NCBI GenBank assembly: GCA_030532685.1
Contig: JAUNKN010000006.1
Coordinates: 5,217-69,216, forward strand
Reading direction: 5' to 3'
DNA from: Bacteroidales bacterium
GTDB lineage: Bacteria > Bacteroidota > Bacteroidia > Bacteroidales > Bacteroidaceae
Length of the DNA stretch: 64,000 bases
Position 1 is the first letter of the stretch, and every line of letters begins with the position of its first letter. This document shows positions 20,204-29,317 of the stretch, in pieces. The position numbers and the translations under genes are program-made. The notes under the pieces are model-generated. The model saw nothing but the letters and a program-made list of their open reading frames with translations, was not told the origin of the DNA and did not search any database.

Positions 20204-22624
20204 TTAAAACTCTATCGAGAATCGCAAATTGAGTTGACGACCGGTGAGGTAATTGGGCACTGCAAAGCGTGTGTTGGTGATGTCTGTGATCCAATAGTAG
20301 CTATTGACATTGCGTATGCCCAAAAGATTGAAACAGTCTAAACCTATCCATGCTGTACGTACGTATCGATCCCAACCACGCAAAGGCCGACGCACACCTG
20401 CACGTTTGGCCAACAGATAATTCAGGCCCACATCTACTCGTTTGTAAGAAGGGGCACGGAAAGTGTGCTGCGTACGTTCGCTATGTGGCGGCCCAAAAGG
20501 TAATCCTCCAGCCAAAGCCGCTCGCAAAGTGAGCGTCCAACGTTCGCTACCTGGAAAATAGTCGGTGAAATGCAGCGAGAGATTGTAGCGTTGATCCGTA
20601 GGTCGAGGAAGCCATTGCCCATTGAGTTTCTCTTGCGTACGCATCAGAGAGAAAGTGAGCCAAGAATCTGTGCCAGGCACAAATTCCCCAAAGAGCTTAA
20701 AATCTATCCCCGTAGCAAATCCGCTGGCCATGTTTCGTCCATAGTAGACCACGCGCACATTGTCGACACTATAAGGGATAAGCCGAGAGAGGGCTTTGTA
20801 GTAAATTTCGCTCGTAAACTTAAAGGGACGACCTCCCATGCGAAAAGTATAATCGCCACCCAACACAAAATGTACAGAACGCTGAGACAAGATGTCTCGA
20901 TTGAGCGTAACTCGCACCACTCCATTGCTAAGCGTCGTATCGCGTAGCTCCTTGAAGAAAGGAGCTTGGTAGTAAACTCCCGTGCCCAGACGGAAAGTCA
21001 AGCGGTCATTCGATGAGGGAAGGAATCCAATAGAAGCTCGAGGAGAAACAAGCATTTCGTCATTCCAATCCCAGTAGGAAAGGCGCAATCCGTAGGTAAG
21101 ATTCCACAATCCTATACTTGTGCTGCGGCGCCAGGTATCTTGTAGGTAAGATTCCCAACGATGTGTGCGTAGCTCTTGCTGCGAACGTAGAGAGTATATG
21201 AGTCGCAAAACATCGGGACGATGAGGTAAAGAATAGCCCGTAGAGTCGCGCATTTCCCACTCTCTACTGCGCTCTTCGACCCATTCTCGTTTCCAATCTA
21301 CACCTGCTTGGAAAGTGTGCGAGTCCCATTTGCTACGAAAACGCAAACCAGCATTGAGCACGGATGCACGAAGCGAATTGCGAGCATGCTCCATATAAGT
21401 CCCAACTCCCAGTTCTTCTTGTGAAGTTGCCTCGTTGAGCCAATACTGCCCCTGAATGTCATAAGTTTCTCGTTCGCGTGTTGAAAACGAAGAAAGCTGT
21501 AAGGCCAAAAATGTATTAGGAGAAAAATGACGTGTGAGTGTCGCAGCTCCAAAGAGCGTTTTGAAAGCATCTTTCTCTTGTCCATCAAAATAGACTTTGA
21601 AGCTTTTGGCATCAAACATCGTTCCAAATCGCGTTTCTCTGTCTTGAGGCTTGAATTGATAATGATTGTCAGAAAGATTGCCTAAAACCTCCAAACTCCA
21701 ACGCAGATTTGGACGCCAAGAAGCAAAAAGCTGATAGTCTAAGAAATTGGGATTGTACTCTCCATTCGTATCCAGCGTTCCCAGAAGATGGCGCGTGGTC
21801 TTATAGCGCAAAGAAGTAAGCAAAGAAAAATGCTTGCTCCCCCAACCTAAATAGCTGTGTGCGCCCAATAAGGAGGCTCCGACACTGGCCTCAAGGCCTA
21901 TAGGCTTCTTGTAAGTAATGTCTAAGACAGACGACATTTTGTCGCCGTATCGTGCTTCAAAGCCCCCTGAAGAAAAAGCGATATTCTCTACCATATCACT
22001 ATTGATGATAGAAAGCCCTTCTTGCTGCCCTGAACGCACCAAGAGCGGACGATACACTTCTACTCCATTCAAATACACGACATTTTCGTCGAAAGAACCA
22101 CCGCGCACATTATACTGCGAAGAAAGCTCATTATGGGTCGAAACTCCAGCTTGTGTTGCTATAACCTCTTCTACTCCATTGCCCGTAGCAGAAGGAGAAC
22201 GCCTCACATCCGTCGGAGTAATACGCTGTGTTGTACCAGTTTGCACCCCACTTCCGCGCACTACCGCTTCGCCGAGCATTTGTCCAAAGGTGGGCAAAGT
22301 AACATCTATACGTACTGAATCTCGTGGAGAAAGCAACGTGCGCTTTCGCGTTTCGTAGCCTATCATGGAAAACACAACCGTTACACTATCGGCACTCGCA
22401 AATGAGAGCGAGTATTGCCCTTTTAGGTCGGTCACGGTGGCCTGAGTGGTCCCAGCAATACGTACCGCAGCAAGCTCTATAGGCTGCCCCTCGGCATCGC
22501 GCACCCATCCATAAATGCGAGTGCGCCCCTGCGCTGCCACCTGAAGAATGGTGCAGAGCAAGAGCGCGAGCATGCTCCACATGCGCAACGTCCTATGGGT
22601 ATTCTTTCGTGAAAATCTTAGCAT
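20204..22624 (-). CDS. TonB-dependent receptor-like outer-membrane protein with carboxypeptidase-regulatory-like N-domain
   Basis: Plug motif YNVRGGSFDEN...GGFEARYGDKMSSVLDI; C-terminal Phe; start may be the downstream ATG (MWSML). Confidence 0.85.
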   Translation of the reverse strand: MLRFSRKNTHRTLRMWSMLALLLCTILQVAAQGRTRIYGWVRDAEGQPIELAAVRIAGTTQATVTDLKGQYSLSFASADSVTVVFSMIGYETRKRTLLSPRDSVRIDVTLPTFGQMLGEAVVRGSGVQTGTTQRITPTDVRRSPSATGNGVEEVIATQAGVSTHNELSSQYNVRGGSFDENVVYLNGVEVYRPLLVRSGQQEGLSIINSDMVENIAFSSGGFEARYGDKMSSVLDITYKKPIGLEASVGASLLGAHSYLGWGSKHFSLLTSLRYKTTRHLLGTLDTNGEYNPNFLDYQLFASWRPNLRWSLEVLGNLSDNHYQFKPQDRETRFGTMFDAKSFKVYFDGQEKDAFKTLFGAATLTRHFSPNTFLALQLSSFSTRERETYDIQGQYWLNEATSQEELGVGTYMEHARNSLRASVLNAGLRFRSKWDSHTFQAGVDWKREWVEERSREWEMRDSTGYSLPHRPDVLRLIYSLRSQQELRTHRWESYLQDTWRRSTSIGLWNLTYGLRLSYWDWNDEMLVSPRASIGFLPSSNDRLTFRLGTGVYYQAPFFKELRDTTLSNGVVRVTLNRDILSQRSVHFVLGGDYTFRMGGRPFKFTSEIYYKALSRLIPYSVDNVRVVYYGRNMASGFATGIDFKLFGEFVPGTDSWLTFSLMRTQEKLNGQWLPRPTDQRYNLSLHFTDYFPGSERWTLTLRAALAGGLPFGPPHSERTQHTFRAPSYKRVDVGLNYLLAKRAGVRRPLRGWDRYVRTAWIGLDCFNLLGIRNVNSYYWITDITNTRFAVPNYLTGRQLNLRFSIEF

Positions 22625-23040
22625 GCAACAAAGGTTTGAGCAATGGCCTGTTCGCGGTGCAATAAACGAATTTCTATCCCAAACTTTTTGTGAAGATGTT
22701 CGGCTAAATGTTGAGCAGAGTAAACACTACGATGCTGTCCTCCTGTGCAACCGAAAGCAAACATCAAATCCGTAAAACCTCGCTCCAAGTAGCGTTTCAC
22801 GTGCACCTCGGCCAAGGCGTAAACATGATGGAGAAATTCTACAATTTCTCCATCTTCTTCTAAAAAATCAATCACAGGTTGGTCCAATCCCGTAAGCTGT
22901 TTGTAAGGTTCGTAACGACCTGGATTGTGCGTAGAACGGCAGTCAAAGACATAGCCGCCTCCATTTCCACTTTCATCGGTGGGAATGCCTTTCTTGTAGG
23001 AAAAACTAAATATGCGTACAATAAGCTTCTTTTCGTTCAT
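22618..23040 (-). CDS. RapZ C-terminal-like domain protein
   Basis: SFSYKKGIP, FDCR, NPGRY, GCTGGQHRSVY, HRE. Confidence 0.88.
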   Translation of the reverse strand: MNEKKLIVRIFSFSYKKGIPTDESGNGGGYVFDCRSTHNPGRYEPYKQLTGLDQPVIDFLEEDGEIVEFLHHVYALAEVHVKRYLERGFTDLMFAFGCTGGQHRSVYSAQHLAEHLHKKFGIEIRLLHREQAIAQTFVAC

Positions 23041-24038
23041 AATCGGAAGTGAGTGAGTCGCTCCAATGTGCGATGAAGTTCTGGGTAAGGAATAGCAGTA
23101 TTAAGCTGTCTTTTGAGCTGTTCAAGAGCAGGAGGAATACTCTCGAGGAAATAAGGTTTTCGTTCGTAAAGTCCACGCAAACCATAAGCTCCCAACACCT
23201 GCAACAAGCGAAAGAGGAAAAAGAGCTGCAATTCCTCAGCAAACAAGCTGCGATCTACAGATTTCAAACCGCTTAAAGCATCAAGATAAACCTCGATTAA
23301 GTGGTCGCGTAGCTCCTCTGGATAACGTGCAGAAGCCTGTCCCAAAAACGAAGCAACATCATACTGCAAAGGGCCTCGCCGTCCTCCTTGAAAATCAATG
23401 AGATATGGCAGTCCATCTTGCAACATCACATTTCTGGCTTGGAAATCGCGATACATAAACCCTTCATTCCTTACTGCTATTCCGCAGAGCGTTTCGGCCA
23501 ATCGTTCGAAATCATCTTCTAAGTGGCATTCATCGTAGGGTGTATCCGTAGGACGAAGAAAGCAATACTTGAAGTAATTTAAGTCGAACATAACAGAGCG
23601 TCGATCAAAGCGTGTGGGGGAAAGCAGCAAGCTTTCCTGCAAATCTTCTGCTCCAAGTATTTGAACCTTGGGCAGAAGTTGAAGCGTCTTTTCAAGAAGT
23701 TCTACCTCTTTCGTTGAGAATTTTCCTCCTTGTTCTCGCCCTTCGGACAAAGCATCGTAAAGCGCAGTTTGCCCCAAGTCGCTCTGTAGATAAGCCGTTT
23801 CGGCATCGTCTATCGCATAGATACGAGGCACGGGGAGACCTTTGCTGGCAAAATGTTCTGCTAAATAGAGAAAAGCGCGATTTTCTGGCACATTGTTGCT
23901 CTCCACCGCAATCACGCTGCCTCCGTCGGGGTGTACAAAGCGAGCATATCGCCGATTGCTCCCTGCTCCTACGAGTAGTTCGACGCTTTTAGGCATTCGC
24001 CCAAACACATCTGTATATAGAGTGCGCGCCTGTTCCAT
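23037..24038 (-). CDS. APH/AmgK-like sugar phosphotransferase
   Basis: GAGSNRRY, DLG, YRDFQARNVM, IDFQG, YDVAS, LQVLGAYG; start placed at ATG 24038, overlapping the rsmE stop (TAATG). Confidence 0.85.
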   Translation of the reverse strand: MEQARTLYTDVFGRMPKSVELLVGAGSNRRYARFVHPDGGSVIAVESNNVPENRAFLYLAEHFASKGLPVPRIYAIDDAETAYLQSDLGQTALYDALSEGREQGGKFSTKEVELLEKTLQLLPKVQILGAEDLQESLLLSPTRFDRRSVMFDLNYFKYCFLRPTDTPYDECHLEDDFERLAETLCGIAVRNEGFMYRDFQARNVMLQDGLPYLIDFQGGRRGPLQYDVASFLGQASARYPEELRDHLIEVYLDALSGLKSVDRSLFAEELQLFFLFRLLQVLGAYGLRGLYERKPYFLESIPPALEQLKRQLNTAIPYPELHRTLERLTHFRL

Positions 24039-24781
24039 TACCCACAAGTCTTTTTCAGATTCATCAAGTGCACAGCCACAAGCGCTGCGGTTTCCGTGCG
24101 CAAACGACTTTCTCCCAAGCTAACAGAACGAAAACCTGCAGCTTCGGCCGCACGCACCTCTTCTATCGAAAAATCGCCCTCAGGCCCAATCCATACTTGA
24201 GTGGGCACCTCTCGCCGCACAACATCCAGCAGAAAAGGCTTTTCGCTATTTGCAGAAATATCTTCTGGGGAGTAACAATGCGCAATGAAACGATCCCCGT
24301 CGAAAGGTTCGGCCAAGCACACTTCCCATTTCCTCAATTCTTTCACCGTCGGTTTTAAGGCTTTGTGGCTCTGCTTCGTAGCACTCACCACGATACGTTC
24401 CAAGCGTTCTGTCTTCAAGACACGACGTTCAGAATTGGCACAATCGACAAAGTGAAAAGCATTCAAACCTATTTCTGTCGCTTTCTCTGCCAACCATTCC
24501 AAACGATCCATATTTTTCGTAGGAGCCACCACCAGTTCTGCAGCACTGTCCCAAGGGCATTGCCATCTCTTCTCCCCTTCTATCGCGAGGCAGCACTGCG
24601 GATGCTTGCCGCTTCCAGCCAAAGATATGGTGCAGTCATAGAAACATCCTTCGCCATCGGTCGCCCACAGTTGATCGCCCTCCTTCATGCGAAGCACACG
24701 AATGGCATGTGCCGCTTCATCTTCGGGAAGTCTACTGGTCTGTGCAATCTCTGGAGCATAAAAAAGATGCATTTCCTTCAT
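24038..24781 (-). CDS. rsmE: 16S rRNA m3U1498 methyltransferase
   Basis: HAIRVLR, EKATEIG, IGPEGDFS, SLGESRLRTETA. Confidence 0.95.
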   Translation of the reverse strand: MKEMHLFYAPEIAQTSRLPEDEAAHAIRVLRMKEGDQLWATDGEGCFYDCTISLAGSGKHPQCCLAIEGEKRWQCPWDSAAELVVAPTKNMDRLEWLAEKATEIGLNAFHFVDCANSERRVLKTERLERIVVSATKQSHKALKPTVKELRKWEVCLAEPFDGDRFIAHCYSPEDISANSEKPFLLDVVRREVPTQVWIGPEGDFSIEEVRAAEAAGFRSVSLGESRLRTETAALVAVHLMNLKKTCG

Positions 24782-24961
24782 GGCATTTTCTCAATTTGTG
24801 GCGAAGTTACAATTTCACCGCCGATTATTCGAGCCCTCTCTATAAAAAAGAAGTTCACTCGAGGGTAGAAAGTACAATTAAGTTTTCTGAGGAACGGCTT
24901 TCTCAAAAGAAAAATGACTCGCCAATCGAACCAAAGCCGATAGCGAGTCAATTTTTCCGTG

Positions 24962-25049
24962 CGGAAGGAGGGGGATTCGAACCCCCGAAGCGCTTTTGAC
25001 GCTTACACGCTTTCCAGGCGTGCCTCTTCAACCACTCGAGCACCCTTCC
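24962..25049 (-). tRNA. tRNA-Ser(GGA)
   Basis: Reverse strand GGAAGGGTGCTCGAGTGGTTGAAGAGGCACGCCTGGAAAGCGTG...GGTTCGAATCCCCCTCCTTCCG; long variable arm; anticodon GGA. Confidence 0.96.
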
Positions 25050-25125
25050 AAGTACGTGGTTGACGTAGGACACAGCAAGAAGGCTGAACCTACGGCTTGC
25101 AGGGAAGCCCCTGCGAAAGCGAGAG

Positions 25126-25133
25126 CAAAGATA
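25126..25133 (-). promoter_or_regulatory. -7 element (TATCTTTG) for tRNA-Ser
   Basis: caaagata on + strand, about 77 nt upstream of the tRNA 5' end. Confidence 0.55.
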
Positions 25134-25269
25134 AGACAGTTTTTTGAAACGGCGAAAGAATTGCCGTAAAAATTGATGTTTAAGGTATCTTTCTTCAGGG
25201 AAGTCTTAGTCAGATTGGTAGAAATATGTAATTTCGAAATCCACATTCCTTTTATTTATCTACCTCGTT

Positions 25270-25656
25270 ATGCAAAAGCAACCAAAAGGCTACGCCGTTA
25301 AATCGTCTCCTCAGGCAACACAACGTTACGTACAAACCCTGCAACTACGCAATGATCCGTCTCTCATAGACCAATATCGTCACTACCACTCTCGCAAAGG
25401 TATTTGGCCTGAGATTCTGCAAGGCTTAAAGGAAAGCGGAGTGATAGAGATGGAAATTTACCTACTGGGCACTCTTCTCGTCATGATTGTTGAAATCGAT
25501 GCTCGCGACTCATGGCAAGAAGTTATGGCTCGCATGGGTGAAGGACCACGACAAACCGAATGGGAGGCCTTAATGAATCGTTTTCAAAAGTCTGACGCAA
25601 CGTCCAGTCAAGAAAAATGGCAGGCCATGGAGCGCATCTTCCACATCTACGACTGA
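25270..25656 (+). CDS. L-rhamnose mutarotase family protein
   Basis: Y..YH....IWPEI..G, MEIY, EWE.LM, W..ME.IF pattern. Confidence 0.8.
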   Translation: MQKQPKGYAVKSSPQATQRYVQTLQLRNDPSLIDQYRHYHSRKGIWPEILQGLKESGVIEMEIYLLGTLLVMIVEIDARDSWQEVMARMGEGPRQTEWEALMNRFQKSDATSSQEKWQAMERIFHIYD

Positions 25657-26624
25657 TGCCCTATTTTCAAAATACGATGCACAAAACGTTTCAAACTATA
25701 ACGCTGCAAACGTTGGGCAAGAATGCGAGGTAAGACCTTGAGGTAATACCCCGTACTTCCACTGCGCCACAAGGCCTCAAGCCAATCCCATTGTCGTGCC
25801 ACTCCCCATGCATTCCAAGGCTTGTTTGGACCAATATAATGCAACTGAATGGGACGTGCCAAAGCATCGATATACGCACGGCGGCGAGCTTCCTCTTCCT
25901 GTGGAAGCACTGCGCAATGTTCGTAAAATTGCACAGTACTTGGCTGCGTGCGATAATACAAATTGCACACCACATAACGCAAAGAAAGCAAACGCACCTG
26001 CTCTCGACAAACTACTGCCATAGTATCTTGCTCTGGAAAAGGCAAACGAGCATAGTTTTGCTCGTAATAGTCTGTAAGTTGTTGTTGAATCCCATCTTGA
26101 CGCATCGCTGCAAGGTTAAAGAGCAAATAACCAGCACAAATCTGCCGCGCCAAGAAGTATTCCTCTTCTTGCGTGAATCCTTTGTAAAGGCGCATACGTG
26201 TAGTAGGGAGTATAGTATCGACACCAGCGATATAGAAGTGTTCATTAGGGAAAGCAAAATAGCTTTCCGAAATATCGCCCTTGAAAACGACATCTACATC
26301 TGAACACAAAATGCGCTCGTAGTGTGGGAAAAGTTCGGCGGCACAGAGTTTGAAATAAATCTCTTTGGAAAAGTGCGACTTTCCCTCACAATGTTCCAAA
26401 CGTTGCTGCATCTCACTCAGGTCGTGCAACTGCAGCGCTGCATAAGGGTAGCGCTGCACCACTCGATGCAATTCCCTCTGTGCCCTCGAGGACAATCCCA
26501 AATGCAACACATGCAAGGCATACCGATGTGTTTGACAAGCATGACGCAACAGGGAGTCGAAAGTCACAGCAGCTGGAAGCACATAATGCTCGTCGAAAGT
26601 AAAAAAAATGGGAATAAGGGCCAT
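25647..26624 (-). CDS. Glycosyltransferase family 8
   Basis: IPIFFTFDEHY, YFKL, DVD motif, PEQD, HYIGPNKPW; start taken at MALIP. Confidence 0.88.
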   Translation of the reverse strand: MALIPIFFTFDEHYVLPAAVTFDSLLRHACQTHRYALHVLHLGLSSRAQRELHRVVQRYPYAALQLHDLSEMQQRLEHCEGKSHFSKEIYFKLCAAELFPHYERILCSDVDVVFKGDISESYFAFPNEHFYIAGVDTILPTTRMRLYKGFTQEEEYFLARQICAGYLLFNLAAMRQDGIQQQLTDYYEQNYARLPFPEQDTMAVVCREQVRLLSLRYVVCNLYYRTQPSTVQFYEHCAVLPQEEEARRRAYIDALARPIQLHYIGPNKPWNAWGVARQWDWLEALWRSGSTGYYLKVLPRILAQRLQRYSLKRFVHRILKIGHQS

Positions 26625-26677
26625 GGAATTCAAACTTAAAAGGAAGGTAGGTCGTATATTGAAGCAAAAGGTACATC

Positions 26678-28129
26678 CTAATCTTTACGCTTGCGCCGAA
26701 ACAAGTAGGCCACACTTTCTTTCAAAATTTCAGCTCCTGCCCACCACAATATCGCGCTGTAAAGAAGCGCTGCCACCACAATTTTACCCAGCAAGCTCAA
26801 CCATAACGGAGGCAACAACCACGCAATGAGATAATGGGTGATGAGCATCGTAACGGCAGCAATAATCAAGAAGGGAAACGCATCGCGCAGGAGAATCCCA
26901 AAACTCAACTTCAAATGAGGACGCGACAGGCCATGCCATACCAATAGCCACAAAGCACCAACCAGCACATAACTACGCAACATAAACATGACTCCGAAAG
27001 GATAGGTCACGAGAGCAGTAACCAGCTGGACAATCACGAGCAAGAACAAACCTTTCAAATAGAGGTCTGACCGCCCTTTGCTGAGCAAAAACTGTGTGTA
27101 GAGCGTGGCCAAAGGAAGGAAAGCACCGCTCACACAAAGCCATCGGAGCATATCGGCTGCTACAAGCCACTTCTCACCAATGGCCAGCACAATAAGTTCC
27201 TGGGCAATAATCGAAAGCCCCAACATGACGGGAAAAGACAAAAAGGCTGTGAAACGCAACATTTTGCGGAACACTCGCCTTTGCTGCTCTTCGTTATCTC
27301 GCGTCTCGACAAACAAAGGTTGTGCCACTCCCTGCACCACGCCTGAAACAAGACCGTGCCCCATGAAGTTCCACTTATTGGCTTGATTATAGTTGCCCAC
27401 AGCTCGCTCATCATAAATACGCCCCAAGAACACGGAAAAGAAGTTATTGTTCACGTGCGAGAGCAAACTGGTGAGAAGCAATCGAGAGGAGAAACCCAGC
27501 ATTTCGCGCACGGGTTGCATGTTCCACTCCAAAGTGGGATGCCATTGCGCCCAATACCAATACAAAAGCGTATTGATACCCACATACACCAAGGTTTGCG
27601 TTGCAATGCCCCAATAAGCAAAGCCTTGCCATGCCAAGACAACTCCCACACAGCCAGAAATGAAAAGTGCCATCAAATTGCTCAAAGTGCGTAGCCGCAC
27701 CTTCATCTGACTAAACAATCGAGCACTGGGCACAATCCCTAAACCTGAAATGACAAAAGAGAGAAAGGAGTAGCGCGCCAAAGGAGTGAGCTGTGGATTT
27801 CCATAAAAATCGGCAATCCATGGAGCTAAGAAATAGAGCAATCCATAAAGCAACAAGCTCACAGGAAGTACAAACCAAAATACAGCATTATAGTCACGAT
27901 GAGCCAGTTGTGGACGATTGACCAAAGCAGCGGTAAAACCGCTCTCTTGCAGCGTCGAGGCCAAGAGGGCAAAGATGGCCAATTGCCCTACCATGCCATA
28001 GTCCTCCACATTGAGCAAACGGCCCAAAGCGATGCCAAAGACTAAATTGAGCAACTGCTGCGCTCCATTGCTCACACTACCCCAAAAGAGGCCATGAGCC
28101 GTTTTTTCTTTCAAACTGGACATCGTCAA
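26678..28129 (-). CDS. Wzx-like polysaccharide flippase (LPS biosynthesis protein)
   Basis: SLKEKTAHGLFW, RLL...DYG, VGNYNQANKW; multiple TM helices. Confidence 0.9.
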   Translation of the reverse strand: MTMSSLKEKTAHGLFWGSVSNGAQQLLNLVFGIALGRLLNVEDYGMVGQLAIFALLASTLQESGFTAALVNRPQLAHRDYNAVFWFVLPVSLLLYGLLYFLAPWIADFYGNPQLTPLARYSFLSFVISGLGIVPSARLFSQMKVRLRTLSNLMALFISGCVGVVLAWQGFAYWGIATQTLVYVGINTLLYWYWAQWHPTLEWNMQPVREMLGFSSRLLLTSLLSHVNNNFFSVFLGRIYDERAVGNYNQANKWNFMGHGLVSGVVQGVAQPLFVETRDNEEQQRRVFRKMLRFTAFLSFPVMLGLSIIAQELIVLAIGEKWLVAADMLRWLCVSGAFLPLATLYTQFLLSKGRSDLYLKGLFLLVIVQLVTALVTYPFGVMFMLRSYVLVGALWLLVWHGLSRPHLKLSFGILLRDAFPFLIIAAVTMLITHYLIAWLLPPLWLSLLGKIVVAALLYSAILWWAGAEILKESVAYLFRRKRKD

Positions 28130-28241
28130 GTATCTTTCATTCCCGGGAATAGCCTCCTTGGACTCCCTTTATTTTCGCGCAAAAGTACTAAAAGCCACGC
28201 ACAATCCCAAGTTTTTATAGCCGCAATCCAAAACATTGTCG

Positions 28242-28249
28242 TACCTTTG
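28242..28249 (+). promoter_or_regulatory. -7 element (TACCTTTG) for ferritin; a divergent TACTTTTG on - at 28180-28187 serves wzx
   Basis: Matches to the TAnnTTTG consensus in the divergent intergenic region. Confidence 0.55.
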
Positions 28250-28296
28250 CAACGTATCACTAACGATACAATAACGAACATAACATAGACAAACAA

Positions 28297-28782
28297 ATGA
28301 TTTCAAACACTCTCGAAACCGCACTCAACGAGCAAATTGCCTTTGAGATGCAATCGGCCAATCTCTATCTCTCTATGGCCTTCTATTTCGACAAGGAGGG
28401 ATTCTCTGGATTCTCGACTTGGATGAAGAAGCAAAGCGAAGAAGAAATGGACCACGCCTACCAAATGGCTTCGTACCTCATCAAGCGTGGCGGCACTGCC
28501 CTCGTGAGCCCCATCACTGCCCCCGTAAAACAAACATGGAGCAGCCCTCTCGAAGCTTTTGAAGATGCCTACGAACACGAATGCCAAGTGAGCAAGAGCA
28601 TCGACAAGCTCCACGATTTAGCCCGTTCAGAAAATGATAAGGCCACCGAAGATTTCTTCTGGCAATTCATTCGCGAGCAAGTGGAGGAAGAAGCTACTGC
28701 TTCTGGCATCGTAGACCGCATTCGCAAAATGGGCGACAGTGCCATTTTCAACCTCGACCAGCAATATGGTTCTCGCCAATAA
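28297..28782 (+). CDS. ftnA: Non-heme ferritin
   Basis: LNEQI..E..SANLY, EEMDHA, HE..V, EQVEEE ferroxidase residues. Confidence 0.95.
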   Translation: MISNTLETALNEQIAFEMQSANLYLSMAFYFDKEGFSGFSTWMKKQSEEEMDHAYQMASYLIKRGGTALVSPITAPVKQTWSSPLEAFEDAYEHECQVSKSIDKLHDLARSENDKATEDFFWQFIREQVEEEATASGIVDRIRKMGDSAIFNLDQQYGSRQ

Positions 28783-28808
28783 AGGCGGCCTCCATCGTAC
28801 ACCTATTT

Positions 28809-28850
28809 CCCCATCTCCAAGGCCTTGGAGATGGGGGTTTCTGTTTCTTT
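28809..28850 (+). terminator. Terminator after ferritin (28-bp perfect palindrome plus T-rich tail)
   Basis: ccccatctccaaggccttggagatgggg followed by gtttctgtttcttt. Confidence 0.78.
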
Positions 28851-28954
28851 TCCCTCCCTCATACTCCATCTTCATAGTTATCCACGCCTTCTTCTTTTCT
28901 CCCTCCTCCTTTTTCCTTATTCGCAAGTACGACACGCGCGGTTTGAGCCGTGAT

Positions 28955-29059
28955 ATTCTACGTGGGAAGAAAAAAATCCTACGTGCGTCGTAGAATTTTC
29001 TACGTGGGACGCAGGATTTTCTACGTGCGACAAACGTTTTTCTACCTATAGCGTAAAAA
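28955..29059. repeat. Family-A array A3: 5 tandem 21-bp units
   Basis: attctacgt-ggg-aagaaaaaa / atcctacgt-gcg-tcgtagaat / tttctacgt-ggg-acgcaggat / tttctacgt-gcg-acaaacgtt / tttctacct-ata-gcgtaaaaa. Confidence 0.9.
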
Positions 29060-29198
29060 TAGAGCTTTCCGTCCTGCCTCCTCAAAGCACACACCCAAAG
29101 ACTCCTCCCTACCACAAAGGGAGTTTCGCCCCACTTCAACGAGTAGGAGGAAGCAAGTGAGAGTTTGCAACTTTTTTTTCGTTTTTTGTTCACAAAGC

Positions 29199-29230
29199 TT
29201 TGTGCAAACGAAAGAAAGTTTGTAGATTTG
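29199..29230 (+). promoter_or_regulatory. Primary-sigma promoter of the gal operon
   Basis: TTTG 29199-29202, 20-bp spacer, TAGATTTG 29223-29230. Confidence 0.65.
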
Positions 29231-29317
29231 CAATACCAACTAAACAAAAAGGAAGCAGGCTCTTTCTTTTTGCAAGGTAAACATTCTGAATACCAACAAT
29301 AAACACGAATAAACGCC

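Noticed and set aside
24780-25270. tRNA-Ser as an integration site
   Set aside because: No integrase nearby, and I saw no duplicated tRNA 3' end in the window.
29075-29152. Possible multi-stem RNA (cctcct/aggagg enclosing ctccct/agggag)
   Set aside because: Short purine/pyrimidine-tract pairings with no promoter or terminator and no recognisable RNA family.
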